Positions 1-8,403 are shown, counted from the first letter of the stretch. The stretch: 64,000 nucleotides of DNA from Acidilobaceae archaeon (GCA_038897215.1 JAWAWX010000001.1:832001-896000); one strand, 5' to 3'. Numbers and translations are program-made. Notes: a model not told the origin generated them from the letters alone.

Positions 1-41
1 AGGAGCAGGACCTGACGCGTGATGAGCTTGTGTGCTCCTGA
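1..41 (+). ncRNA. Box C/D guide sRNA, 5'-truncated by the window edge (candidate)
   Basis: Guide AGGAGCAGGAC, D' CTGA (12-15), C' GTGATGA (19-25), 12-nt guide GCTTGTGTGCTC, D CTGA (38-41). Spacing is canonical; the C box would lie just upstream of base 1. Confidence 0.6.
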
Positions 42-198
42 GCCAGCTGTCCGCTCTCCGCTCTCTCAAATCCTAGGGTGTGGAGCGGAATCAGGCAACG
101 CTCTCTCCGAGACCCCAGCGTCTCCCGAGAGGCTGCTGGATGCAGCATAGAAGACACGTTTGCTATACGATTCTTCACTACACCGGCATGCTCAGAGC

Positions 199-290
199 GT
201 GGAGCTAGGCCCGGTTTGCGGTATGCCGCAGACCTCACGAAATCCTAGATAAAGCGGGGAAGCTCGTGGAGCTATCGCTACAAAAGTTGC
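199..290 (+). pseudogene. Possible YHS/TRASH metal-binding domain relic
   Basis: GTG at 199 reads VELGPVCGMPQTSRNPR-stop, resembling the DPVCGM start of YHS domains; the frame is broken. Confidence 0.25.
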
Positions 291-367
291 CACCATCAAG
301 GCGGGAGAGCGAGCCCTAGGCTCTCGCTATAGGCTCTCGCCCGTTCTCCCAGTCTGGGACTCCGCCC

Positions 368-571
368 GTGGATCTCGAGAGCTTCAGGGTTGTCGAGAGC
401 AGGGTCGTGGTTGAAGAGCTGGGAGAGCTGAAGGTGGCTGTGGATGAGTACCTGGAGGTCTACGTGAATGGGTCCAGGTACTCGGCGATAGTCCTGAACC
501 CCGCTCACCTAGAGGAGACAGTAGTGGGCGTCTTATTGGGCGACGGTATCGTCGAGTCTAGAGGAGGCTAG
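368..571 (+). pseudogene. fdhD: FdhD (formate dehydrogenase accessory sulfurtransferase) N-terminal fragment
   Basis: VAVDEYLEVYVNG...NPAHLEETVVGVLLGDGIV matches the FdhD N-terminus (V.vE.pl.i.vNg...tP..LeeLavGfL..eGii); only 67 aa of a ~250 aa protein. Confidence 0.7.
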
Positions 572-572
572 A

Positions 573-851
573 GTGGTAGCGAGAGACCTGGAGATGCAGG
601 GCAAGACCGTCTACGGCTTCAACCTCGGAGGCTACATAGGCGATGGCGTTAGATGGATATACGCTATATCCAAGGAGAAGGCTGACCACGTGCTGCCACT
701 AGTTCTCCCGAAGGTGCCCGTGAACATCAACAGAGTGAGAGACACGATAGAAGCCATAGCCCCGCCGGTCTTCGGAGCTGCTGCTCTGGTCGCCGCCGCT
801 GTCCTAGCTCTGTCCTGGTGGCGCGCCTCGAGATCGGGTGAGAGAAAGTGA
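573..851 (+). pseudogene. C-terminal fragment of formate dehydrogenase Fe-S (beta) subunit with membrane anchor
   Basis: No Cys clusters. The VYG...G.G..WIY segment plus a C-terminal TM helix and basic tail resembles the FdnH/FdoH C-terminus. Overlaps the start of the cytochrome b gene (GTGA). Confidence 0.55.
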
Positions 852-1573
852 AGCATGTGGAGAAGATAGAGCTGATGAGCATCCATTACAGAGTAATGCA
901 TATGATCAACCTAGTTCTCTTCACTATATTGGCGCTCACAGGGGCTCTGATCATGTACTCTGACGACTACGCCATACTGCAGACCATGCTGAAGCCTCTG
1001 GGAGAGCCCGTAGCCGTGTTCATGGGCTTAGACCCCGACGAGTACGCTGTCTCGTCAGCCCTCCTGCTGATCAGAATAGTGCACAGGATCACAGCGTTCA
1101 TATGGGGCGTATTGGTGGTCGTCTACATTCTAGTGCTTCTACTAACGAGAAACATCAGGGTGTTCGACGGCCTCTTCAGGAGCCCCTCTATAGTAATAGC
1201 TGAAGCCAAGGCAGTCATACTGCACTATGTAGCCGGAGCCCCCATACCCGAGGAAGTCGAGGCCAGGATGGAGAGACACAACGCTCTAGTAGGGCTCGCT
1301 GTCATACTCCTAGTGATCGGAGCCGGGCTACTAGCCGTATCGGGCACCGCGATGGTACTACTAGACCTGACCCCGGAGCAGTACAGGCTCTTCCTCACAC
1401 TCCACGATATAGGCTTCTATCTGGCCATGACGTTCCTGATAGCTCACCTCTTCGCCACACTCCACCCAGGCAACCTGCCTCTCCTCAAGGCGATGTTCGG
1501 AGACGGGAAGGTCAGCCTGGAGTACGCTGAGAAACATATGAGAGCCTACCTGAAGAAGATAGGGGCCATCTAG
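848..1573 (+). CDS. Formate dehydrogenase gamma subunit / cytochrome b (FdnI-like)
   Basis: 4 TM helices with heme-ligand His in RVMH, VHR, LHD and AHL; C-terminal AMF.DG.V..EYA..H motif. Confidence 0.85.
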   Translation: MKHVEKIELMSIHYRVMHMINLVLFTILALTGALIMYSDDYAILQTMLKPLGEPVAVFMGLDPDEYAVSSALLLIRIVHRITAFIWGVLVVVYILVLLLTRNIRVFDGLFRSPSIVIAEAKAVILHYVAGAPIPEEVEARMERHNALVGLAVILLVIGAGLLAVSGTAMVLLDLTPEQYRLFLTLHDIGFYLAMTFLIAHLFATLHPGNLPLLKAMFGDGKVSLEYAEKHMRAYLKKIGAI

Positions 1574-1581
1574 CTCCACGA

Positions 1582-1624
1582 CTCTATCTCTCTTTCTCCC
1601 TTCCTCTTTCCCCCTCCTCTATTT
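1582..1624 (+). terminator. Polypyrimidine tract after the cytochrome b gene (likely archaeal terminator region)
   Basis: About 40 nt, almost all C/T, immediately after the TAG and convergent with tRNA-Val. Confidence 0.35.
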
Positions 1625-1670
1625 GCTCACACCGCTTCTCGAAGCATTAGCGAGGAGAGAGGACTCGTAG

Positions 1671-1747
1671 TGGTGGGCCCGCGGGGACTTGAACCCCGGA
1701 CCTCCGCCGTGTGAGGGCGGCGTCCTGCCAGGCTAGACGACGGGCCC
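1671..1747 (-). tRNA. tRNA-Val(CAC), intronless, CCA encoded
   Basis: Reverse complement GGGCCCG..CCGCC-CT CAC AC-GGCGG..GTTCAAGT..CGGGCCC-ACCA forms a full cloverleaf. Confidence 0.97.
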
Positions 1748-1794
1748 TCCTCTCTACTCGCTCTATGCTAGAGTCTAATAAGCATTAGATGCCT

Positions 1795-3153
1795 CTAGTC
1801 ACCGAACACTGACCTCTGTCTGCAGATAACGCACATCCTCAAGTATCTGGCCTCTACTCCGGTTCTCCTAAGCCTCTTCTCGACGTTCTCCACGAGCTTC
1901 TCGGGGCCTAACAGTGCTCCGCACTTTACGCATCTAGCGAGGGGGCTCGAGGCCAGAGTCCTTCTGGCCGAGTCTGGCTTGTAGAGCCACTCGACTCTAG
2001 CCGCTCTCTCCGGGCATACTGCTTCGCACTCGCGGCAGCCTATGCAGAGCTCCGGCTCGAAGACTAGAGAGGCTGACCTCTCGTCCTCAGCCAGGCTTAG
2101 GGCTCCTGTGTGGCATGAGTTAACGCAGGCTCCGCATAGAGTGCAGAGCTCCTCGTTGACGAAGATCTCGCTGGTTAGCGGGAAGCTTAGAGAGAGTTCT
2201 GCTCCGCGCTGCGATAGAACTAGCCGGGAGAAGGCTCTAGACCTGGTAGGGTCTCTGTTGACTGAGGCGAACTTGAATCTCGGCTCTCGGAAGAGCCCCT
2301 CTCTGAGCTCGCTCACGCTCTTGTAGCCTGAGACTAGGCCCGCTTCCTCTACCTCCTTCAGCCAGAGCGGGGGGCTCTTGTAGACCACGTGAGGAGTGAA
2401 GCCGTAGCTTGCTAGGATCGCTACGTGTATCGGCGTTAGAGCTCTCGCAGACTCCACGGGGAGTAGCACTGTGGGGTGCTCTGCCTCGATGGAATCAGCC
2501 TCGGCTAAGTCTCTGTAGCTCGCTATAACCACGTGAGCTGGCTCGAGAGACCTCTTTCTTAGAGACTCGCAGAACTCTCTAACAGACCTCCACGTGAGGA
2601 GGGGGGAGGATATAGCTTCGAGAGGGCAGACGCTGTAGCAGACCCCGCAGGATACGCACTTGCCGTCATCGACCTCGGGGGGCTTGCCGGAGAGAGCTCT
2701 CGAAGGGCAACGGGATACGCAGAGAGAGCACCTCTCTAGGCTCGAGCAGAGAGTAGCGTTAACCACAGGCTTGTCTAGCAATACTTGAGCAGCGTACGGC
2801 CCCCGGGTCAGGATGCTCCTCCTGCTCACAACCTTCTCGGGCTCCAGAGCTCTCCTGGCTTCGCGCCACCTAGACTCCGAGATCTTGGCTAGCCTCGCTT
2901 CAGCCAGATCTTCTAGAGTGAAGACTCCCCGGGAGAGTCTAGGCTCTATGCTTGCATCCACCAAGTCTACTAGAGCTTCGTAGACTCCTAGGTCTTCTAA
3001 GAGAGCTCTGACTTCCCCGGCTCTAGAGAATGCTTTCTCAGAGACCACCACGACGGGGGGCTCTAAGCTCGGCGACTTCTCTCTCAGCTCCTCGAACCCG
3101 GATACCTCTATCGCTCCTCTCAAAGAGACCCCGACGGCTATCAGTGACCCCAA
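1795..3153 (-). CDS. Polyferredoxin-like 4Fe-4S binding protein
   Basis: Four CxxCxxCxxxC-type motifs plus C-terminal CxxC...CxxC. Confidence 0.85.
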   Translation of the reverse strand: MGSLIAVGVSLRGAIEVSGFEELREKSPSLEPPVVVVSEKAFSRAGEVRALLEDLGVYEALVDLVDASIEPRLSRGVFTLEDLAEARLAKISESRWREARRALEPEKVVSRRSILTRGPYAAQVLLDKPVVNATLCSSLERCSLCVSRCPSRALSGKPPEVDDGKCVSCGVCYSVCPLEAISSPLLTWRSVREFCESLRKRSLEPAHVVIASYRDLAEADSIEAEHPTVLLPVESARALTPIHVAILASYGFTPHVVYKSPPLWLKEVEEAGLVSGYKSVSELREGLFREPRFKFASVNRDPTRSRAFSRLVLSQRGAELSLSFPLTSEIFVNEELCTLCGACVNSCHTGALSLAEDERSASLVFEPELCIGCRECEAVCPERAARVEWLYKPDSARRTLASSPLARCVKCGALLGPEKLVENVEKRLRRTGVEARYLRMCVICRQRSVFGD

Positions 3154-3256
3154 CTCTACGAACCCAGGTAGAGAGCCCCGCCTACGCTATTAATCTTCTA
3201 GCTATTAAGCTCCGCGTCCTCGACTAACCGAGATTCTAGGCGAGAGGAGTTCGGAC

Positions 3257-4486
3257 ATGTCTGCGAGAAAACTCGGAGTAATAGGAGGGGGCTTCGTGGG
3301 AGTCAACGTGGCCGTCTTAGCGGCTCTCAGAGGCTTCGAAGTCGTGGTCGTGGACACGAATAAGGAGGTCGTGGAGGCGATCAACAGAGGAGACTCTAGA
3401 GTTAGAGACTACTTCGTCGAGGAGAACTGGGGTAGAGTAAGGGATAGGATAAAGGCTACTCTAGACTACTCAGAGCTCTCCGACGCTCAGAGGATAGTAG
3501 TGGCTGTCAACACCCCCCTCAAGGCTCACGGTAGAGAGCTAGTGAAGCTGATCGAAAACGATGAGATAAACATGGATAGCTACATCGACCTGAAACCTCT
3601 AGAGGAAGCAGGGAGGAGACTAGGGGAGGTCGTCAAGCCAGGCACGCTGATAGCATCAGAGACTACCATCTACCCAGCTGGCACAGCTGAGAGACTAGTG
3701 ACATACTTCGTAGCAGTAGCTGGGGAGAGCGTAGCGGAGAAAGTCTCCTTCGTTCACTCTCCCGAGAGGCTGGTAGCGGAGAGCAGAGAGTGGACAGTGG
3801 CCAACATACCGAGAGTAGTGGGCGCCTTCGACGCGGAGAGCTTGAAGGATGGTGTGAGATTCTATTCTGAAGAGCTACAAGTGCCTGTAGCCAAGGCTAC
3901 CGGCATGCTAGAAGCAGAGCTATCGAAGCTACTGGAGAACGCGCACAGGCTGATAAACATAGTCTTCGTTTCCGCGGCTAGAGCGGCCACTGCTCTCACA
4001 GACATAGACTTCTACGAGACTCTAGAAGCGGCTGCAAGCAAGCCCTTCGGCTATACTCCATTCAATCCAGGCTACGCAGGAGGCCCCTGCCTGGTCAAAG
4101 ACTCGGTGATGCTGTACGTTTGGATGAAGTCTAGAAACGTTCACCGCTACTTCACAGACGTCCTCAGACAAGCGATCATAGCCAACGAGTACTACGTCTT
4201 ATTCCTAGCGCTCCGAGTAGCAGACCAGGCTAGGAGGAGGAGAGCCAAGAAGATCCTCATCCACGGCCTAGGCTACAAGCCGGGCTCTAGGAACTTCATG
4301 AGCGAGGACGTGAACATAGCCTGGAGGATCAGGAGAGAGCTCTCAGACCTGGGCTTCGACGTCAGAACATTCGATCCAGCGATACCGGAGAAGAGCGACT
4401 TCAAGAGCTACGAGGAGGCGAAAGCGTGGGCAGATATGATTGTAGGGTGGGGGAGAGAGGGGGACGTGAGGCTAGAGAGAATCTAG
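3257..4486 (+). CDS. Nucleotide-sugar dehydrogenase (UDP-glucose/UDP-ManNAc dehydrogenase family)
   Basis: GGGFVG Rossmann motif, VNTP, SPER, KLLEN, catalytic GGPCL, GLGYK. Confidence 0.9.
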   Translation: MSARKLGVIGGGFVGVNVAVLAALRGFEVVVVDTNKEVVEAINRGDSRVRDYFVEENWGRVRDRIKATLDYSELSDAQRIVVAVNTPLKAHGRELVKLIENDEINMDSYIDLKPLEEAGRRLGEVVKPGTLIASETTIYPAGTAERLVTYFVAVAGESVAEKVSFVHSPERLVAESREWTVANIPRVVGAFDAESLKDGVRFYSEELQVPVAKATGMLEAELSKLLENAHRLINIVFVSAARAATALTDIDFYETLEAAASKPFGYTPFNPGYAGGPCLVKDSVMLYVWMKSRNVHRYFTDVLRQAIIANEYYVLFLALRVADQARRRRAKKILIHGLGYKPGSRNFMSEDVNIAWRIRRELSDLGFDVRTFDPAIPEKSDFKSYEEAKAWADMIVGWGREGDVRLERI

Positions 4487-4863
4487 CCTGGCAACACGGG
4501 CTCCAGCTTCTCCGACACTATCCCGACTACTGGGGGCCTCTTGTACTGTCCCGTGATAGAGTAATAGATCCCTATCAGCCAGATGACGAAAATAGCTAGT
4601 CTCAAGATCAGGGCTACGATGTCCCCGACCGCTGGCACCACTCCTATCACTAACGATATCAGGTAGACTATCAGGGCTATCACGAAGAAGGATATGGATT
4701 GCGCAACCCAGAATCTAGCATACCTGTCTTTTCTCCTGGTCAGCAGGAGCACCAGCAAGACTATGATCGCTCCGACCAATCCTAGGAGCCACGCGATGAA
4801 GCCCAGCAGAATGCTATCGATGCCGGGCTTCTCGGAGGAGCCTGGGGTCGTCAACTGCTGCAC
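4483..4863 (-). CDS. Small membrane protein (DUF4870-like)
   Basis: 3 TM helices; RFWVAQS and G.Y.RPPVVG motifs. Confidence 0.7.
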   Translation of the reverse strand: MQQLTTPGSSEKPGIDSILLGFIAWLLGLVGAIIVLLVLLLTRRKDRYARFWVAQSISFFVIALIVYLISLVIGVVPAVGDIVALILRLAIFVIWLIGIYYSITGQYKRPPVVGIVSEKLEPVLPG

Positions 4864-4937
4864 CTCAATAACCTCCTAGTGCTCAAGACTTAAAAATACC
4901 TTCATCGCGGAAACTGCATTCTCGAGCGAGATAAGGC

Positions 4938-4987
4938 TCAGAGGATAGTCGGTCTTCACCGTGTCAGCGTCGCTCCACCCTCCTCAC
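4938..4987 (-). ncRNA. Box C/D guide sRNA targeting the 16S rRNA decoding region
   Basis: C GTGAGGA, guide GGGTGGAGCGACG, D' CTGA, C' GTGAAGA, guide CCGACTATCCT, D CTGA; 50 nt. The D' guide is the complement of CGUCGCUCCACCC in the crenarchaeal 16S consensus. Confidence 0.9.
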
Positions 4988-5082
4988 AGCCCACCGATAT
5001 GTAGCTACTCTCCTCGAGCCTAATCTGCTATATGCTTAAGAACGCACAAAACGCTTAAGCTCTCCAGAGGACTCTACGAGAC

Positions 5083-5132
5083 GGGATGACCACTGTAGCC
5101 CGCTCTGAGTGGTGAAGAAGCCTCTGATATGA
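5083..5132 (+). ncRNA. Box C/D guide sRNA (16S rRNA ~1230-1240 region)
   Basis: C GGGATGA, guide CCACTGTAGCCCGCT, D' CTGA (5105-5108), C' GTGGTGA or GTGAAGA, D CTGA (5124) or ATGA (5129). TTAA box about 25 nt upstream. Guide is complementary to the 16S consensus GCGGGCUACA(A)UGG. Confidence 0.75.
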
Positions 5133-5166
5133 GACCGTTGTCTTGCAGAGCGCGGAGCACACTCTA

Positions 5167-7149
5167 TTACACTCTACGCTTAGCTTCTACTACGACTCTC
5201 GTTGGGATTCTGAATCTCGCGTACTCAAGAAATCTGTTACCACCCGTGTAGAACTTTGTTGAGACCTCGTAGACACAGAGTCTTAGAGTATGCGCGAACG
5301 CCGCTATAGTAGCAAGCACTAGCCCTAAAGCGTGCCCTCCGACTAGTATGGGGATGCTTGCTAGCGGAGATACGGACGCTACGGCTAGAGCAGCGTCGTT
5401 GACTAGGTTTGCTAATAGAGAGGAGCCGAAAGCTAGAGCGGCTATCCTCATGAACGATAGAGTCTCTGACACGAGCCCTGAGAGGTCGAAGACCCATAGG
5501 AAGAGCCCTAGAGCCCCGAAGACTGAGACCTTGGAGGCGATCAGCCCTACTAGCCCTGTAACGAAGACCGCATAGACTAGGACCTCTAGCTGACTGTGCG
5601 CGAGCGGTCTCTCGAAGAGCAGAGAGGAGACTACGTGGGGTCCTGCTAGAAGTAAAGCTATCATCGAGGCCGACGATATAATATCTAGAGCTGACCTAAG
5701 CTTCACGAGAGCTCTCACAAGTCCTAGAGCATAGGAGGCTATGAGCCATGCCCAGCCAAAGACGATACTGTAGACTATGAGGTCCGAGATGTCAGCAATC
5801 GGGTCAGCGAGCTTCGGTAGACTCAAACCGAGACTAGCGTAGAGCAGGTCGCCGAAGAAGCTTCCGAAGACAAAGAGTCCGGCTATCGTTGACGATGCTC
5901 CGCATAGAGCCATTACAGGCCTCGCTTTCTCCCCGACATCCACATCGAGCCCCAGCTTTGGAGCAAGCTTGGGGAGTAGCGGTGAGAGAGCTAGAAGGAG
6001 GAGACCGTAGCCCGCGTCTCCCACCATTAAGCCGAAGAAGATAGCGAAAGCGTAGGTCAGGATGGGGGTTGGGTCCCAGTCTTTGGTAGAGGGTGCTCCT
6101 ACGAGTCTAGTGATTGACTCAAATGGCTTGAATATTCTGAGATTCCTCAGCTCGGCTGGAGGGTCCTCCTCAGGCTCGCAGAAGCTGTAGACCGGCAGGT
6201 CTCTCAGAGACCCGCCGAGGTCTGGGCAGAGAGAGCTGGGGACTAGCCCTGACACTATAGCCAGCATTCTAGAGCTTAGAGCATTCTTCAGAAGCGTTGC
6301 TCTCGAAGACTCGGCTTGGAGTATCGCTAGAAGCGAAGCGTAGTCTCTAATGTTTTCTCTCACAACTCTCCTCTTAGTCTCTAAGACCTCCTCCAGCTCT
6401 CTCCTAGCTCTAAGAGCCTCAGCCCTAGCCCACTCAGCTACCTCACCGAGGCTTCTCCGTGGCGCCTCTCTAGCAAGCTCTAGAGTCTTCGCGCCCTCGG
6501 GGAGCTCAAGACTCCTAGCTGTTTTGGTGTAGAAGAGGAGAGATGCTACCGCTTGCTTCTCGAACTCTACGTACGCGAGAACCTCGAGAGCTCTCGAGCT
6601 GACCTCTCTAACAGCACCAGCGTCCCCGTAGAAGACTATGGTGGAATAGACTTCACCCTCGTAGCTTAAAAGCGATGAGTCACCACTCCCTCTCTCCTCC
6701 AGGAGCTTGAGTGAGAGAGCTCTAAGCATCTCGGCTTCGAGGAGTCTCTTCTCTAAAGACTTCGAGGCTTGAGCGAGAGACTCGATCTCGGCTAGAACTC
6801 TCTCCAGCTTTTCTACGAGATTCTCTAGGATGAGTGGAGACTCCTCGGGCGAAATCTCTCCAGCTAGCTCTATCTCGTGTCTGCCCTCGATGTGCTCTGC
6901 TAGCTTAGAAGCCAGGGTTTCAGCTCTCTCCACTAGCCTAACGTAGCTCTCGAGTCTAGCTACGAGAGGCTCCCCTTTCTCCAGTAACTCTCCCTTCTTG
7001 ACCACAGCGACCTCCACTACTCCCCAGCTAAGGAGTCTCGAGACGAGAGCATTGGATAAATCGAGAGGAGCTATGATGTAGAGTCTGGAGGCGAAATCGG
7101 GCTCTGAGACTATCAGAGATAAAGGGCTTAATGGTCGGCTATGAGGCAT
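5167..7149 (-). CDS. atpI: A/V-type ATP synthase subunit I (a)
   Basis: N-terminal coiled coil, WDPTP, FFGLMVGDAGYG, essential Arg in SFMRIAAL, HTLRL.VYE..KFY.G. Confidence 0.93.
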   Translation of the reverse strand: MPHSRPLSPLSLIVSEPDFASRLYIIAPLDLSNALVSRLLSWGVVEVAVVKKGELLEKGEPLVARLESYVRLVERAETLASKLAEHIEGRHEIELAGEISPEESPLILENLVEKLERVLAEIESLAQASKSLEKRLLEAEMLRALSLKLLEERGSGDSSLLSYEGEVYSTIVFYGDAGAVREVSSRALEVLAYVEFEKQAVASLLFYTKTARSLELPEGAKTLELAREAPRRSLGEVAEWARAEALRARRELEEVLETKRRVVRENIRDYASLLAILQAESSRATLLKNALSSRMLAIVSGLVPSSLCPDLGGSLRDLPVYSFCEPEEDPPAELRNLRIFKPFESITRLVGAPSTKDWDPTPILTYAFAIFFGLMVGDAGYGLLLLALSPLLPKLAPKLGLDVDVGEKARPVMALCGASSTIAGLFVFGSFFGDLLYASLGLSLPKLADPIADISDLIVYSIVFGWAWLIASYALGLVRALVKLRSALDIISSASMIALLLAGPHVVSSLLFERPLAHSQLEVLVYAVFVTGLVGLIASKVSVFGALGLFLWVFDLSGLVSETLSFMRIAALAFGSSLLANLVNDAALAVASVSPLASIPILVGGHALGLVLATIAAFAHTLRLCVYEVSTKFYTGGNRFLEYARFRIPTRVVVEAKRRV

Positions 7150-7453
7150 TGACTCCCGCCACCAGAGAAGCCAGTTTCCTCACATACTTCTCGATGAGCT
7201 TCGACGCTCTCGACTCCACTTCTCTCGCCACTCTCTCAGAGTCTCTCACTATCTTCTCAGCCTCTTCTCTCGCCCTCATCTCAGCCTCTTCAAGCAGTCT
7301 CTGGATCTCGACCTTGTAGCTCTCGTCAGCAAGAATATCTCTCGCCCTCCTCCTAGCTTCTTCTATCACCTCTCTCGCCCTCCTCTCAGCCTCCTCTAGA
7401 ACTCGCCTGGCTTCAGCCTCAGCTTTAGCAATAACCTCAGCCAAGACCCGCAA
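7139..7453 (-). CDS. atpH: A-type ATP synthase subunit H (peripheral stalk)
   Basis: E/A/R-rich coiled coil of 104 aa directly upstream of atpI. Confidence 0.75.
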   Translation of the reverse strand: MRVLAEVIAKAEAEARRVLEEAERRAREVIEEARRRARDILADESYKVEIQRLLEEAEMRAREEAEKIVRDSERVAREVESRASKLIEKYVRKLASLVAGVNAS

Positions 7454-7595
7454 CCCCCTCTACAGCCATATACTCTAACCCTATATGCGTAGGAAGCTTC
7501 TCCCAGCCGGTCGCCAGCGTGACCGCTGGACGCTTTGCAGAGAGCTCCTAGTGAGAGGGTTCTCGCTATTCACTGATATCAGGAGAAGCGGCTAA

Positions 7596-7603
7596 CTTAT
7601 AAT
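7596..7603 (+). promoter_or_regulatory. TATA box of tRNA-Thr
   Basis: CTTATAAT about 32 nt upstream of the mature tRNA. Confidence 0.55.
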
Positions 7604-7634
7604 AGCTTCGCTAAGGCCCCTCAATGAGGGAGGA

Positions 7635-7712
7635 GCCGCGGTAGCTCAGCCCGGCTAGAGCGCCGCCCTGGTAAGGCGGAGGTCCCGGGTTCGAATCCCG
7701 GCCGCGGCTCCA
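7635..7712 (+). tRNA. tRNA-Thr(GGT), intronless, CCA encoded
   Basis: GCCGCGG..CCGCC-CT GGT AA-GGCGG..GTTCGAAT..CCGCGGC-TCCA cloverleaf. Confidence 0.97.
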
Positions 7713-7914
7713 TACTCTCGCTGAGCTAGAGGAGGCTGAGCTAGAACTCGCTAACATTAGGATTAGGAGTGGGGAAGCTTCTTCTCCGAGCCGGAGAGCG
7801 GAGAGCCTGGATTGCGGCTACTACTCTATTCTCGTCACTTCACGAGATATTTTATGCACAATGGAAGTATATAAGAGAAGGGGCTCTCTTCTAGGAGTTA
7901 TCTCGGAGAAAGAG

Positions 7915-8403
7915 ATGGTATTAGAGCTAGAGCTAGCTAGAGCTATGGGTACAGCCGGCCTCTTCCTGTGCTTAGGGCTGGCTGCTTTCGGGTCGGCTAT
8001 GGGTATGATGAGAGCGGCGAGAGCCGCTATTGGTGTCCTCTCGGAGGAGCCTAGATACTTCTCTCTAGTATCAGTCCTAGTCTTCCTGCCTATGACTCAG
8101 ACTCTAGTCTACGGCTTCGGCTTCTTCATCCTAGCTAACGATATTCTCGCTAAAAGCGAGAACTTAACCATCCCCCTAGGCGTGGGGGTCGGGAGTCTAG
8201 CAGCACTATTCGTCGGCTTCGCTGAGCTCTCCTCAGCCTACGCTCAGGGCTGTGTGTGCGCCGACGTCATCGCAATGTTGCCGAAAACGAGAGGAGCTAT
8301 ACTGGTTAGAGGCTTGATCCTAGCAGCGTATCTAGAGTTCATAGGTCTGCTAGGTCTAGCGTTGGGCTACATGCTCTTAATGATCTCGGGGCTTGTGAGT
8401 TGA
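7915..8403 (+). CDS. atpK: A-type ATP synthase subunit K (c), duplicated 4-TM proteolipid
   Basis: Two hairpins: LPMTQ..YG (no Glu) and SAYAQG...YLEF (Glu). Start moved to ATG 7915 because a TATA box (GTATATAA 7867-7874) lies inside the longer ORF. Confidence 0.9.
   Translation: MVLELELARAMGTAGLFLCLGLAAFGSAMGMMRAARAAIGVLSEEPRYFSLVSVLVFLPMTQTLVYGFGFFILANDILAKSENLTIPLGVGVGSLAALFVGFAELSSAYAQGCVCADVIAMLPKTRGAILVRGLILAAYLEFIGLLGLALGYMLLMISGLVS

Noticed and set aside
3186-3208. GCTATTAA repeated twice between the polyferredoxin and sugar dehydrogenase genes
   Set aside because: Most simply the TATA boxes of divergent promoters.
7720-7745. Direct repeat GCTGAGCTAGA x2 after tRNA-Thr
   Set aside because: Built from the genome's most over-represented words; not an att site or CRISPR repeat.
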